Source: a virus. From it: 61,145 nt of DNA. How positions within the stretch are numbered: position 1 is the first letter of the stretch; each line of letters begins with the position of its first letter. The DNA lies in IMG/VR virus record IMGVR_UViG_3300045988_167077, positions 1-61,145 of that record. One strand, written 5' to 3'. The notes under the pieces were generated by a model. The model did not search any database, had not been told where the DNA came from, and saw only the letters and a program-made list of their open reading frames with translations. Below are positions 25,119-35,700 of this stretch, piece after piece. A program made the position numbers and the translations under genes.

Positions 25119-25529
25119 TTGATTGGTTCAATTGCACTTATATGGCTAGGTCGTAAATTAGATGATTTACCGACACGATATATTGAGACCGATTCAATAC
25201 GATGGAGGAAGGGAAAACCTTTACTGGGAACAGGGAATGGAATAGGCGGAGTTTTTATTAAAGGCTATCGCCGTGCAATGGGCGTTGGAGATGTCTATTA
25301 TAATTTTCTCAGCTTCATTGTCCCTATTATCCCTATAGGTTGTTTTCTAGCCGAAGAAGGCGTATATAACTATAAAAGCCACCATAGTTCAACTCAATCA
25401 TATAAGGTATATGGCTCGGTAAAGTGGAATCTAATCGAATTGTTGTCGATTTATTTGAGATATGTATGTATCCTCGGAGGTATATTTGCTCTTATATGCT
25501 CCATCGGCGGAATTATTGACAATTGGTGA
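25119..25529 (+). CDS. Membrane protein, unknown function (TTG start as listed)
   Basis: 136-aa ORF with no in-frame ATG until aa 54. Hydrophobic N-terminus and two C-terminal helices. The sequence is AT-rich. Confidence 0.4.
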   Translation: MIGSIALIWLGRKLDDLPTRYIETDSIRWRKGKPLLGTGNGIGGVFIKGYRRAMGVGDVYYNFLSFIVPIIPIGCFLAEEGVYNYKSHHSSTQSYKVYGSVKWNLIELLSIYLRYVCILGGIFALICSIGGIIDNW

Positions 25530-25847
25530 TGTTGCCTCTATTCATAACGATTGCGGATGCCAAGTAGTCTTAGAATGTAAGTTGTTTTGTTCCTATTTTG
25601 TTTCCCAAGACGAACTAATCAAGAAGTTGGAAAACAAGTAAGGTTCTTGCATATAATTAAAACACAATCAATTAACGCCATTCATCTAAAGCGAAAATGA
25701 GGGACTGAAATCTTAAGTTAATTTTATTTCTTGTAATACTTAGAAATCGCTAATTTATGCTCTGTATTGCGGGTTTTTATCGGATAGGCGTTGTGTATTA
25801 ATGTGTTAGGAGATACTATTGCCATACTTTTGTATTACTTTATACGA

Positions 25848-25913
25848 GTTATTTTTGTTCCTAGTTTGTTTCTTTTGGATTCTTTTTGTTATTTTTGTTC
25901 CTAGTTTGTTTCT
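25848..25913. repeat. Two exact 26-bp direct repeats spaced 40 bp apart, immediately upstream of the integrase start
   Basis: gttatttttgttcctagtttgtttct at 25848-25873 and 25888-25913. A degenerate third copy lies at 25581-25605. Confidence 0.85.
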
Positions 25914-25920
25914 CTGGAGT

Positions 25921-27231
25921 ATGAAGAAAGATGACATTAAACAGCCCGTGAGGCTAAGGGAAAAATCCCTGAAGAACGGAGTGAAGTCACTCTACCTTGA
26001 CATCTATCAGGATGGGCAAAGACGTTATCAGTATCTGAAGCTTTATATTAATCCTGGGACAGATCCGCTTACTAAGATGAAGAACAAGGCTGCTATGGAT
26101 GCCGCACGCGTAATCCAGGCAAGAAAACTTGTGGATCTGCAGTCAAGCATGGCGGACATCATGACTGCCAGCAGTCGCAGAATCAAGTTCGTGGATTATT
26201 ACCGTGAATATTACGAATCGAAGTACGATATCTCCAATAGCAGTAGAAAACGTGCAAATCATGCGCTGAACAGATGGATTGAATTCGCAGGTAAAGATGT
26301 GCTCCTTTGCAAGGTTACTTCTGAAATGCTGAGTGGCTTTGTCAAACATCTAAAGTCGTCGGTCTGCATGCACAAATGCCGAAAGGTGTCGATTTCTGCA
26401 GGTGAAGGGCGAGAGAAAAGTTTCATCCTTACGTCAGATGCAGAAAAACTCATACGGAAAATGGCTTGCGTGCAGAAAAAAACGGTTGAACAGATAGCAA
26501 AGGAAACAGGTATCAGCGAAAGCACCATTAAACATGCATATAAACGAATCATTGCAGGCCAAGAGGATAGGCGTCTGGCAGAAACAACAGTTCATATTTA
26601 CTTTATTACCGTAGCGGCGGTTTTACATAAAGCATACCGCAAAAGGCTGATACCGTCTGATCCTGCAGATATGCTTGACAGAGCGGAGCGCCCGGGTGGG
26701 CGCTCCGCGGAGAGGACTTATCTCACATTTGAGGAAGTCACTAAGATGATAGATACGGCGTGCTGCTATCCTGTGGTGAAGAACATGTTTTTATTCTCTT
26801 GCTTTACAGGCTTGCGCTACTCGGATGTAAAGGCCCTCACATGGGGAAAGATTGACGACAGCATGATAGGCACGACTATGCAGAAAACAAAGGAGCCTGT
26901 ATATGTACCGATCAGCAATAATGCCAGGAGGTGGTTGCCGGATAGAGGAGATGCGCAGGGGTCGGATTTCGTTTTCAGCGGTATGCCTACCGCGTCGGCT
27001 GTAAATAAATGTATCGACAAGTGGACGAAGGAAGCAGGCATCGATAAACATGTCACTTTTCATTGCGCCAGACACACATTCGCTACGCTTTCGTTGGAGT
27101 ACGGCGCTGATTTGTATACCATCAGCAAACTTCTGGGGCATCGAAACATTGCGACCACCCAGATATATGCCAAGATTATGGATGAAAAGAAGGTGGAGGC
27201 GGTGAACCTCATTCCTGATCTAAAAAAATAA
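25921..27231 (+). CDS. int: Tyrosine recombinase / integrase (Bacteroidota phage-integrase type)
   Basis: N-terminal arm-binding pattern VRLREKSLKNGVKSLYLDIYQDGQRRYQYL. Catalytic residues in GLRYSD, HCARHTFATL and LLGHRNIATTQIYA. ATG at 25921 is preferred over TTG at 25819. Confidence 0.9.
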   Translation: MKKDDIKQPVRLREKSLKNGVKSLYLDIYQDGQRRYQYLKLYINPGTDPLTKMKNKAAMDAARVIQARKLVDLQSSMADIMTASSRRIKFVDYYREYYESKYDISNSSRKRANHALNRWIEFAGKDVLLCKVTSEMLSGFVKHLKSSVCMHKCRKVSISAGEGREKSFILTSDAEKLIRKMACVQKKTVEQIAKETGISESTIKHAYKRIIAGQEDRRLAETTVHIYFITVAAVLHKAYRKRLIPSDPADMLDRAERPGGRSAERTYLTFEEVTKMIDTACCYPVVKNMFLFSCFTGLRYSDVKALTWGKIDDSMIGTTMQKTKEPVYVPISNNARRWLPDRGDAQGSDFVFSGMPTASAVNKCIDKWTKEAGIDKHVTFHCARHTFATLSLEYGADLYTISKLLGHRNIATTQIYAKIMDEKKVEAVNLIPDLKK

Positions 27232-27254
27232 GGGGCGCTTCACAGCGGCCCTTA
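27229..27254 (+). terminator. Stem-loop after the integrase gene
   Basis: taaggggcgc-ttcaca-gcggccctta (one mismatch), overlapping the int stop codon. Confidence 0.45.
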
Positions 27255-27477
27255 TCCATAAATACGTTACAAACATTAAAAACATAAGTGTTTTTTTATC
27301 TGACATTCCTTCAATTTCATATAGTCCCGAGGACCCGGAAAGTCCCCGGGATGCTTTTTTATATGGTCTGAGCATCAGGACAGGGACCGGATTATAGGCC
27401 AGGAAATTGGCCGAAAACATGAGGAAAATCATAATCGGCTTAATGTGAGCGACTTATCTATAATAGACACTTATAGA

Positions 27478-27771
27478 TTATTGCTCGGAGTCTCTTGGCT
27501 TTGACAATTCGATGAGGCGTTCCTCTATAGTGAGCTGCTTTCCTTCTTCCGTGCTCAACTCGACCGCCTGAAGTTTCGGTACCGTATATTGCATGAATTT
27601 TTCAGCAATGATGAGCCTGTCCTTGGGCTCCAGCTCCATGAAGTCCCTGACCATGTTCCCGCTGTTGCTGTATGTGTCGAGCAGTTCAGATACCATATCC
27701 TTGACCTTTTTCGTTGCCTTGTTCGGAGTCCCTTTCTTGCGTCCTCCGGTCTTGCGTCCCTTTGCGTCCAT
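27478..27771 (-). CDS. Small basic protein (GRKKGTPNK N-terminus), possible DNA-binding or small-terminase-like protein
   Basis: ATG at 27771 gives MDAKGRKTGGRKKGTPNKATKK followed by a helical acidic domain. It is an isolated minus-strand gene. Confidence 0.45.
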   Translation of the reverse strand: MDAKGRKTGGRKKGTPNKATKKVKDMVSELLDTYSNSGNMVRDFMELEPKDRLIIAEKFMQYTVPKLQAVELSTEEGKQLTIEERLIELSKPRDSEQ

Positions 27772-27870
27772 GATGAATTGTGAAATGATGTTAATACTTA
27801 AACTAATCATGCGAAGATAACTATCTACTTTTAAGCCACCTAATTAAGTATTAACAAATCTGACAGTAAA

Positions 27871-28377
27871 ATGGCACTTCCAGGAATAGGAATAGGCAGC
27901 GTGATAGGCGCAGGCATGAAAGCGGCGTCCATCATCTATGGCGGCGCAAAGAACGCCAAGGCTTACACGGATGTTATAAACAGCATCAAACAACAGCAGC
28001 AGGACAACCAGGACTGGTTTGACAGGCGTTACAATGAAGACTCCACCCAGAGGGCGGACGCCCAGGCGCTTCTCACGGCGACTGAGGAAAGCATCCGCAA
28101 CAGGAACAGGCAGGCCGCAGGAGCCGCGGCGGTCATGGGCGGGACAGACGAGAGCGTGGCGGCGGCAAAGGCCGCGAACAATCAGGCCCTGGTCGACGCG
28201 ACTAGCAAGATAGCGGCAGCCGCGGACCAGCGGAAGGATGCAATCGAGAACCAGTACATGTCTACCAAATCAAACTTGAGTTCCCAGATCAACGACATGA
28301 CGCTCAAGAAGGCGCAGAGCACGGCTGACGCCGTGAAGGGAGTGGCTGATGCGGCCGGCAGTATAGCTTCACTATAA
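27871..28377 (+). CDS. Putative internal virion / ejection protein (small)
   Basis: 168 aa. Gly-rich hydrophobic N-terminus LPGIGIGSVIGAGMKAASIIYGG followed by an Ala/Gln-rich helical region. It heads the operon leading to the portal. Confidence 0.5.
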   Translation: MALPGIGIGSVIGAGMKAASIIYGGAKNAKAYTDVINSIKQQQQDNQDWFDRRYNEDSTQRADAQALLTATEESIRNRNRQAAGAAAVMGGTDESVAAAKAANNQALVDATSKIAAAADQRKDAIENQYMSTKSNLSSQINDMTLKKAQSTADAVKGVADAAGSIASL

Positions 28378-28388
28378 ATCGTCCCGAC

Positions 28389-29738
28389 ATGATAGAAGAA
28401 AACAACAAGCAGAAGAAGGCTGTGCCTGTGCAGGAACAGCCCCAGCCTACAGCAGTCCCGCCGGCCAGCACTTCGACAGTGCAGGCACCGGCGGCGCAAT
28501 CGCAACCGGATGCAGGTGCGGATATGGCTCAGCCTGCCTCAGGTGTGGCCCAACCGGCCCAGACAGGCACGAGGATGTCGACTTTGGACAGAATCATAAA
28601 GCCACGTCTTGCCGACAATATGACGGCCAAGTTTGAACAGCCTCTGGCCCCGCCGGCTGAAATCGCCGACAGGCAGGAAATGGACAACGCGAAGCCGTAC
28701 AGGACTAAAGACGGTTTCACGTATAAGGCCAATACCGGCAAACTCTATGACGACCAGGGCAGGGAACTGTCCCCGTTCACGTATGCGCTGGAACTGTCGG
28801 ACAAGAACAGGATGACGCCGGAGGAGAAGGCGGCGGAGGCCAAGAGGGAACGCAGGGCCAAAATATTCTCGGCCATCGGAGACGGAATCGCCGCATTGGC
28901 CAACGTCTATTTCACTTCCAAGGGCGCTCCGGACATGTATAACCTCAGCACGTCCATGTCTGCCAAGACAAAAGCGTATTGGGACAAGCTCAATGCAGAG
29001 CGCAAGGCGAATGAAGACAAGTACAACGATCTGCTGCTTGGCGCGTATAAGGCGGACAAGGCAGATAAGGACGCCAAGGACAAGTGGCAGCAGCAACTTG
29101 AACAATGGAAGATTGAAATGGAAAGAAAAAATGAAGCTGAGATGTATAAGCGTGGTAAGGATGCGGCTGAGGCCAAGTACCGAAAGGAAAAGGACGACGC
29201 GGACCGTAGTTCCAGAGAAAATATAGCGGCAAGCCAGATAGCGGCTGCCAATAAGCGCGCTGCTGCCGACAGGTCTCAGAGACAGACCCAGTTCGACATC
29301 AGGTATGGAGGCAAGGGCGGAGGCAACAAGAGCAAGTACACATTCTCGCTGGGACGCGGAAAAGGCTCAGTCTCGGTCGATTCTGATGCTGTCAATGACG
29401 CGAATGTCCGGCAGATCTATGACCGGCTCCCTGAGGAGGTGAGGCGGACGGCCCAGGAGAGATACAAAACAGCGAAAATAGACAACGGCTATCCTGTCTA
29501 TGCCAAAGACAAAAACGGCAAACTGATCTATGGCCCGGACGGCAAGCTGGTTCCGGAGTACCAGCAGCTGTCCAAGAATGAGATGCTGGAAGTCATAGGC
29601 GCCAACCTGGAGGACAATCCGGATCTCGAGAATGACATCCGCGAGCTGGCAGGACAGCCCGGGAAGAAGAAACCGAACCCGATGGGCGGCGGACAGGCAC
29701 AGAACGGCAGCGGCAAGAAACCAAATCCAATGAACTAA
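28389..29738 (+). CDS. Putative internal virion / ejection protein (highly charged)
   Basis: 449 aa. Pro/Gln/Ala-rich N-terminus, Lys/Glu/Asp-rich helical core, duplicated KKPNPM at the C-terminus. Confidence 0.5.
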   Translation: MIEENNKQKKAVPVQEQPQPTAVPPASTSTVQAPAAQSQPDAGADMAQPASGVAQPAQTGTRMSTLDRIIKPRLADNMTAKFEQPLAPPAEIADRQEMDNAKPYRTKDGFTYKANTGKLYDDQGRELSPFTYALELSDKNRMTPEEKAAEAKRERRAKIFSAIGDGIAALANVYFTSKGAPDMYNLSTSMSAKTKAYWDKLNAERKANEDKYNDLLLGAYKADKADKDAKDKWQQQLEQWKIEMERKNEAEMYKRGKDAAEAKYRKEKDDADRSSRENIAASQIAAANKRAAADRSQRQTQFDIRYGGKGGGNKSKYTFSLGRGKGSVSVDSDAVNDANVRQIYDRLPEEVRRTAQERYKTAKIDNGYPVYAKDKNGKLIYGPDGKLVPEYQQLSKNEMLEVIGANLEDNPDLENDIRELAGQPGKKKPNPMGGGQAQNGSGKKPNPMN

Positions 29739-29745
29739 GTACGGC

Positions 29746-32700
29746 ATGAACGACAATAAGAGAAAATTATACGATGCCCTGTCGAATGACTATGACATGG
29801 GTACATACGAGCAGTTCAGAAAGGACCTCGAGGACAAGGACAAGAGACGGAAATTGTACGATGCGACCAGCGACGCGTATGATTTCGGCGATTATGACCA
29901 ATTTGAGGCGCAGCTGGGCTATGGTCAGTCTCAGTCCGCTCCAAGTGCAGAGGAAATCAATTCAGGCAGTGCAGGTCCTGTCATGCCGAAGCCGGCCATG
30001 GAAAACAGGAACTGGGAGGTACAGATGGGGAACGGCCACAGCCGTGCGACCGTGGAAAAGCCTGAACCTGTAGATGTGCCCGTTCCGCAGAGACCTGAAG
30101 GCCAGGAGCCGTCTGATGATGGGACCGCGGCTTCTTCTGGTGATGTGAGGTCATATCTGGAGAATGCCAACAGACAGCAGGTAGCCAACCTCAGCAGGGA
30201 CATCAGCTCACGACTGGATGAGGCGCAGACGAAATCCCGTGACATATATATGAAGGAACAGGAAGACGCACGCAAAGGTGGATTCCTGTCGACACTTGCA
30301 CATGCCATTGCCGCGTCCGGCCATAATCCTGAAGGCAGGTCCGGAGGCATGTCCGATGCCCAGCAGAGGTCACTTCAGGGCGCGAACAGCGAACTCCAGA
30401 GCGAAATATCCAAACTGGAGGCTGCAAAGAAGGCGATGAGCAATGCCGAAGAGATTATAGCCGAGGCAGACAAGAGTGTCCAGGAAGGCAAATTCCCCGG
30501 CTTTTTCAAAGGCGTAGCACGCGGCTTCGGAGACAAGCTGTTTGACGTCAACACGTGGGACATGGGAGTGTCAGACACGAAGAACAGCATCGAACTGCTT
30601 AAGGCCCTCAGGAAGTACGATGAGGGAAAGCCGCTTTCGGAATCCGAGCAGATGCTTCTGGACGCGAAGTCGGTGGAACTCGCCACGAATGCCTACTTCG
30701 GTTCATACATAGGCAGGGGATACAAGGCGGGAGCCGTGACGGCACAGAGCCTGCCGTTCATGTTGGAGATGGCGGTCAACCCGGCCAGCACCCTTGGCGA
30801 ATCCACACAGAGCATGCTGGCCAGGTATGCGCTGTCGAGGTTTGCGAAGAAAGGAGCGACCAGGGCCGCCCAGAAGTTCGCTACAAAGGCTGCAGGGGCT
30901 GCAGGACGCGCCTTGGGTGACATAGCCGGTTCAGCTGTCATGGCAGGGACATCCGGCGCTGTCCGTGTGGCCGGTGACGCCATCGACAGGCATGTCGGTG
31001 ACATCAAGACTGATATGGACGGGCAGGGACAGACCGTATTTGCAGGTCATGACCCAGAAAGCCTCGGGAAATCGATTGCAAAGGCATTCACGTCAACTGC
31101 AATAGAGAACCATTCCGAGATGCTGGGCGAATACTTCGCTCCGGCTCTCGGCATCGTTTCCAAACTCGGCAGGAAGGGCATGGAGAAGTTCGGCCTGAAG
31201 AATGTCGTGGATTTCGTTGACGATGTCAGTGCGACTGACGCCGCCAAGCTCATAGCGGATTTCCAGAAGCGCACCAAGTGGCACGGAACCATCGGAGAGT
31301 ATGCGGAAGAGGTCGCAGGCAACATTGAGAATGCCATTCTTGTCGGAGACAACACTTTGGACGCGTCGGATGACACCGGAGTGTTCAATCTGGACCAGAA
31401 CATCGACACGTTCCTGGGCGTGGCCCTTATGGGAGGAGTATTCAGTACGGCCCGTACTATCGGGTGGCGTACTCCAAAATACAGGGCTAGGATGGAGATG
31501 GAGGAGGCCCGTAATAAGGCAAGGACGAAATACGGAAGTGAGGCATGGCAGGAGATTGAGGACAGGATGGCGGAAGCCGGGGACTCCGGCATGTCGGCCG
31601 TATTGTCCACTGTGATTGCCGGCGAGAACAGTCCTGAGAAGGCAAAGGCCCTGCTGGACTATGCGAAGAGCATCAAGAAGTATGAGGGTATGCTGGCGGG
31701 AGATGAGAAGCGCAGGGAGATTGCGAGCCCGGAGGCGACGGATCTGGAGACTTCCTATGAGAACGGCTATACGCTTTCGACGCCGCAGGAAGTGCATGAC
31801 GCGAAACTGATGTTCGAGTATCAGGAGGCCATGCTCCAGAAGGCGCTGGGCACTTCCGACATTGATATCGACACAATTATGCTCGGCAATGAGATGGGAA
31901 CGCTTACGGACGAGCAGAAGTCAGTAGCCATGGACTATCTCAATGCCAAGGCCACATTTGACGGCGTCATTGACAGGGTGAGGGATGACATCGACAGCAG
32001 GATTTCTTCCGTGGAGAATGCCATCGACGCGAGCACGAACAGGGATACCGGAATGCTGCAGCCTGCAAGTCTTGTCGACGACAGGCCTGTCCACATCATT
32101 TCGGGAATCGTCAGGCTCACTCCTGACGGGACGATGGTGGACACCAGGAACTCTGAGAACTTCATAATCGTCCGTGACGACAAGACCGGCAGGATGGAGA
32201 CCATTTCTCCTTCAGACATAAACCGTCTTGAGAATGAGATAGACCCGTCCATGGAGAAACAGGCGGCCAGACAGCAGATCCAGGATGTCTATGGCGGCCG
32301 TGAAGCTGACAGCATCGACGGCGTGCTTGCCTTCAATCCTGGCGACACATACACTCTGACCAATGGGCAGGGGCAGTCTTTCCCTGTTCAGATTGTGGCC
32401 AATGAACAGGGCGTGGCTGACAACGGTGACGGAACCGTCAATGTCATCCTCAATAATGACATTGACACCCAGACCGGGCAGCCTCGTATCACTCAGATGC
32501 CTAAAGAGCAGATCCAGGAGATGGCGGAGGCCACCAACCTGTCAAGACTGCAGCAGTACGAACAGCAGAAGCTTGCCAGGGCAGCGGAACAGGCGGAAAC
32601 GGATGCGACAGGGAGGACACCTGAGAATCCTTTCAGAATCAATGACAGGATCACACTGTCTGATGCGGAGACCGGCAAGGTGGAGAACGGAGTGGTCGGT

Positions 32701-35700
32701 TCGGAACTCACGGATGACGGCAAGTATGAGGTCGTCGTGGAGAAGCAGGACGGCAGCCAGTCCATACTCTATCTGTCTCCAAGTGAACTGGAACAGCTTG
32801 GCGCCAGACTGGAACAGCCGGAGGCCGTGGAAGAACGGAATGCTCCGGTTTTGGAACAGAATCAGCCGGTTTTGGAACAGAATCAGCCGGTTTTGGAACA
32901 GAAGACAGAGAAGGCCGAGCAGGAGTCTGCGATGTCACGCATACCTTTAGACAGGGATGGAGTGCCGCAGTTCGAGCAGGCTCAGCCGTCTGACACGTGG
33001 GAGGCCCTTCTTGAACTCAACAGCGGCAATGCCGTAGAGGCGGAGGATACCGCAAGGCAGATGTATGAAAACGCATCGAAGAATCTTGACAAGGCCCAGA
33101 AGACCAAGCCGAAATCCGGCACTTCAGTGATGGAGATCCAGAGGAACAAGGCTGAGCGCAACGGGCAGATAGACGAACTCCGGAAGTCCGTGGATTTCTG
33201 GGGCAAGGTCCTGTCATTCCCTGAGGCTGTGAGGAAGTCGGCAAGTGCAGCCGCAGAGGCAGAGGTTCGACAGAAAGAGGACGCGAAGAGGGAGGCAGTA
33301 CGACAGGCAAAAGAGAACCTGGCCAAAGGGCGCAAACTGATGCAGCAGAAGGGAACGTATTATAAGGATGACGCCAAACTCGGCGATTATCTGGATTTCC
33401 ATGATTATGCGCTGCGTATGATTGCCAATGGACGCGTGAAGTTCGTCTGGAAGAACGATGCCGACAACAACTCGATAAAGGGGCTTGGCGGACATCTCGG
33501 TCTTGAGGACAGCGAATCGGAGAGAAAGGCTCTCTTCAGTCTCCTGGCAAACCAGGATAAGGGCGGATTGCGTCCTGATGACGCCGCGGAACAGTTGTCG
33601 GAGGAATACAATTCAAGTCTGGGCGCCGAGGTAATCAGTTCTTCTGAGGCCCTTGATGTCATTCTTGACATTATTCGCACTTATGGCGGCAAGACCCGCG
33701 ACATGATGAATGCCGCCATTGACGCACATGCAATGGCCGGTATGGACGAGAGGGGCCATGATGAAGACAACAAGTCTTCTGAGGACAAAGATAATTCAAA
33801 GATTGCTGAAGGCCAAGAATCTCTTCCTGCAGATGCTCCATTGAGCAACGAGATTAATGAGTTCGGGGTTCCTTTCATCGAGTCTTCGGATGGAACAACC
33901 GTTTTTGGCGTATTGACTGACGACAGCGGTTTGTCTCCTGCTCCTATCAAATTAAGCCTCGGAGAGAATGCCGCAGATAAAAATGGCACCAATCATGGTT
34001 ATGGCTTGCTTCATATTGAAGCAGGACATGGGGACCAGATACGTGCAGCAGGTTATTCTTCCATCAAAGATTTCGTTGAAGATGTGGCCCGCAATTATGA
34101 CACAATCCGCGAAGGTGGAATTGTTGCAAATAATCAAACGTATCTGCTGGAACTCTCAGATGAGCACAACAACACATTGTTTATCCAGTTGTCACGGGAT
34201 GGCAGCTATTGGAACATAAACAGCGCGGGTATTTTCAAGAAGAAATACTCGCGCCGTAAGCCGGAAGTCTTTACTCGACCCGCATTGAAGACCGAAACTG
34301 ACACCGATTCCGGTAGAGTTGATAGCAGCCGTTTTAGTGGTGCAACTGCGCCAGCAGGAAACTCTCATCAGACTTCTGAAGGCAAAGATACAAATATTTC
34401 CGAAGAAAGCAACACGGGCTCTGAGAAATCTGTGGCAGAGCAGATTACGGAACAGAGAGAGGTCGTGAATACGGAGCCGACTGAGGCGCAGAAGGAAGCC
34501 GGCAACTACCGCATGGGGCACGTCAAGATAGACGGAATGGATGTCACCATCGAGAACCCTAAGGGCAGCATCCGGAGAGGTACTGATGCGGACGGCAAGA
34601 AGTGGGAGTCTGAGATGCACTATGACTATGGTTATATCCGCGGCACAAAGGCTGTGGATAACGACCACATCGACATATTCCTTTCTGACAACCCGGAGAC
34701 TGGGAACGTCTTTGTCGTCGACCAGGTGAACCCGAAGACGGGAGAGTTTGACGAGTCCAAGGTGATGTATGGTTTCGCTTCTGAGCAGGAGGCCAGGGAC
34801 GCTTATCTTTCGAATTACGAAAAGGGCTGGAAGGGTCTCGGCAAGATTACTGAGGTGACCAGGGAAGAGTTCAAGAAATGGATTGAATCATCCACGAGAA
34901 AGACAAAGCCGTTCTCGGAATATGCAAGTGTGAAAGTTGCTGAGGCGCAGAAGGAGAAATCCATTCAAGGACTTGAAGGATACTCGCGTGACGAGATCAA
35001 AGGCATTGTGACAGATCATATCAACGATGTGATGAGGGACTATGATATTGATGCGGAAATAATCGGCATGGATATTCATGGATCCAGGAACCGTCATGAC
35101 GCCAGACCGGACTCTGACTTGGACGTAGTTGTCGAATATAGTGGCGACATCCGGGAGGACGACATGTTCAATGCGCTTAACGGCGAGGAGGATGCGCTTT
35201 CGATTGAGGGAATCAAGGTCGATATCAACCCTATAAGAAAAGAGGAAACTGGTGACCTCCAGGACTACATGAAGCAGTCGGAAGAGTATGACAGGGAAAA
35301 GAGTTCTGCTGACAACCAGGGCAATCCTGTAAATGAGGACAGCACTCCTGCTGGTCGTGCCGTCAAGGAAGAAGAAAAGCCGGCAGAGGTTTCCGCTCCT
35401 GCTGAAACCGAGACCCCAAAAAACGAGGGTGCATTTGGTCTTGTCAGCGATGATAGAATGGCAGAACTGAAAGAGAGACTGCGCAAGAAGTTGAGCGGTC
35501 AACTCAATATGGGCATTGACCCGGAAATTCTTGCTATCGGTATGGAACTCGCAGTAGGGCACATTGACCGAGGTGTCAAGACCTTTGCGGACTTCTCCAA
35601 GAAGATGATTGAGGATTTGGGCGATGTTATCCGTCCATACCTCAAAGCCTTCTACAATGGCGCACGAGACCTGCCCGAAGTAATAGAGAGTGGTCTTTCT

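Noticed and set aside
25819-25920. TTG-initiated N-terminal extension of the integrase ORF
   Set aside because: It would translate the two 26-bp direct repeats into LFLFLVCFFWILFVIFVPSLFLW. The ATG at 25921 gives a normal integrase N-terminus (MKKDDIKQPVRLREKSLKNG).
27220-27432. 70-aa minus-strand ORF downstream of int
   Set aside because: It overlaps the int stop and terminator hairpin, has no plausible start context, and the translation is hydrophobic and low-complexity. The region is better explained as the intergenic, terminator-containing spacer.
32845-32903. Short tandem repeat considered as a CRISPR-like or regulatory array
   Set aside because: The units are directly adjacent with no spacers, in frame, and inside the giant ORF. 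It is a coding tandem repeat. No CRISPR array was seen anywhere in the window.
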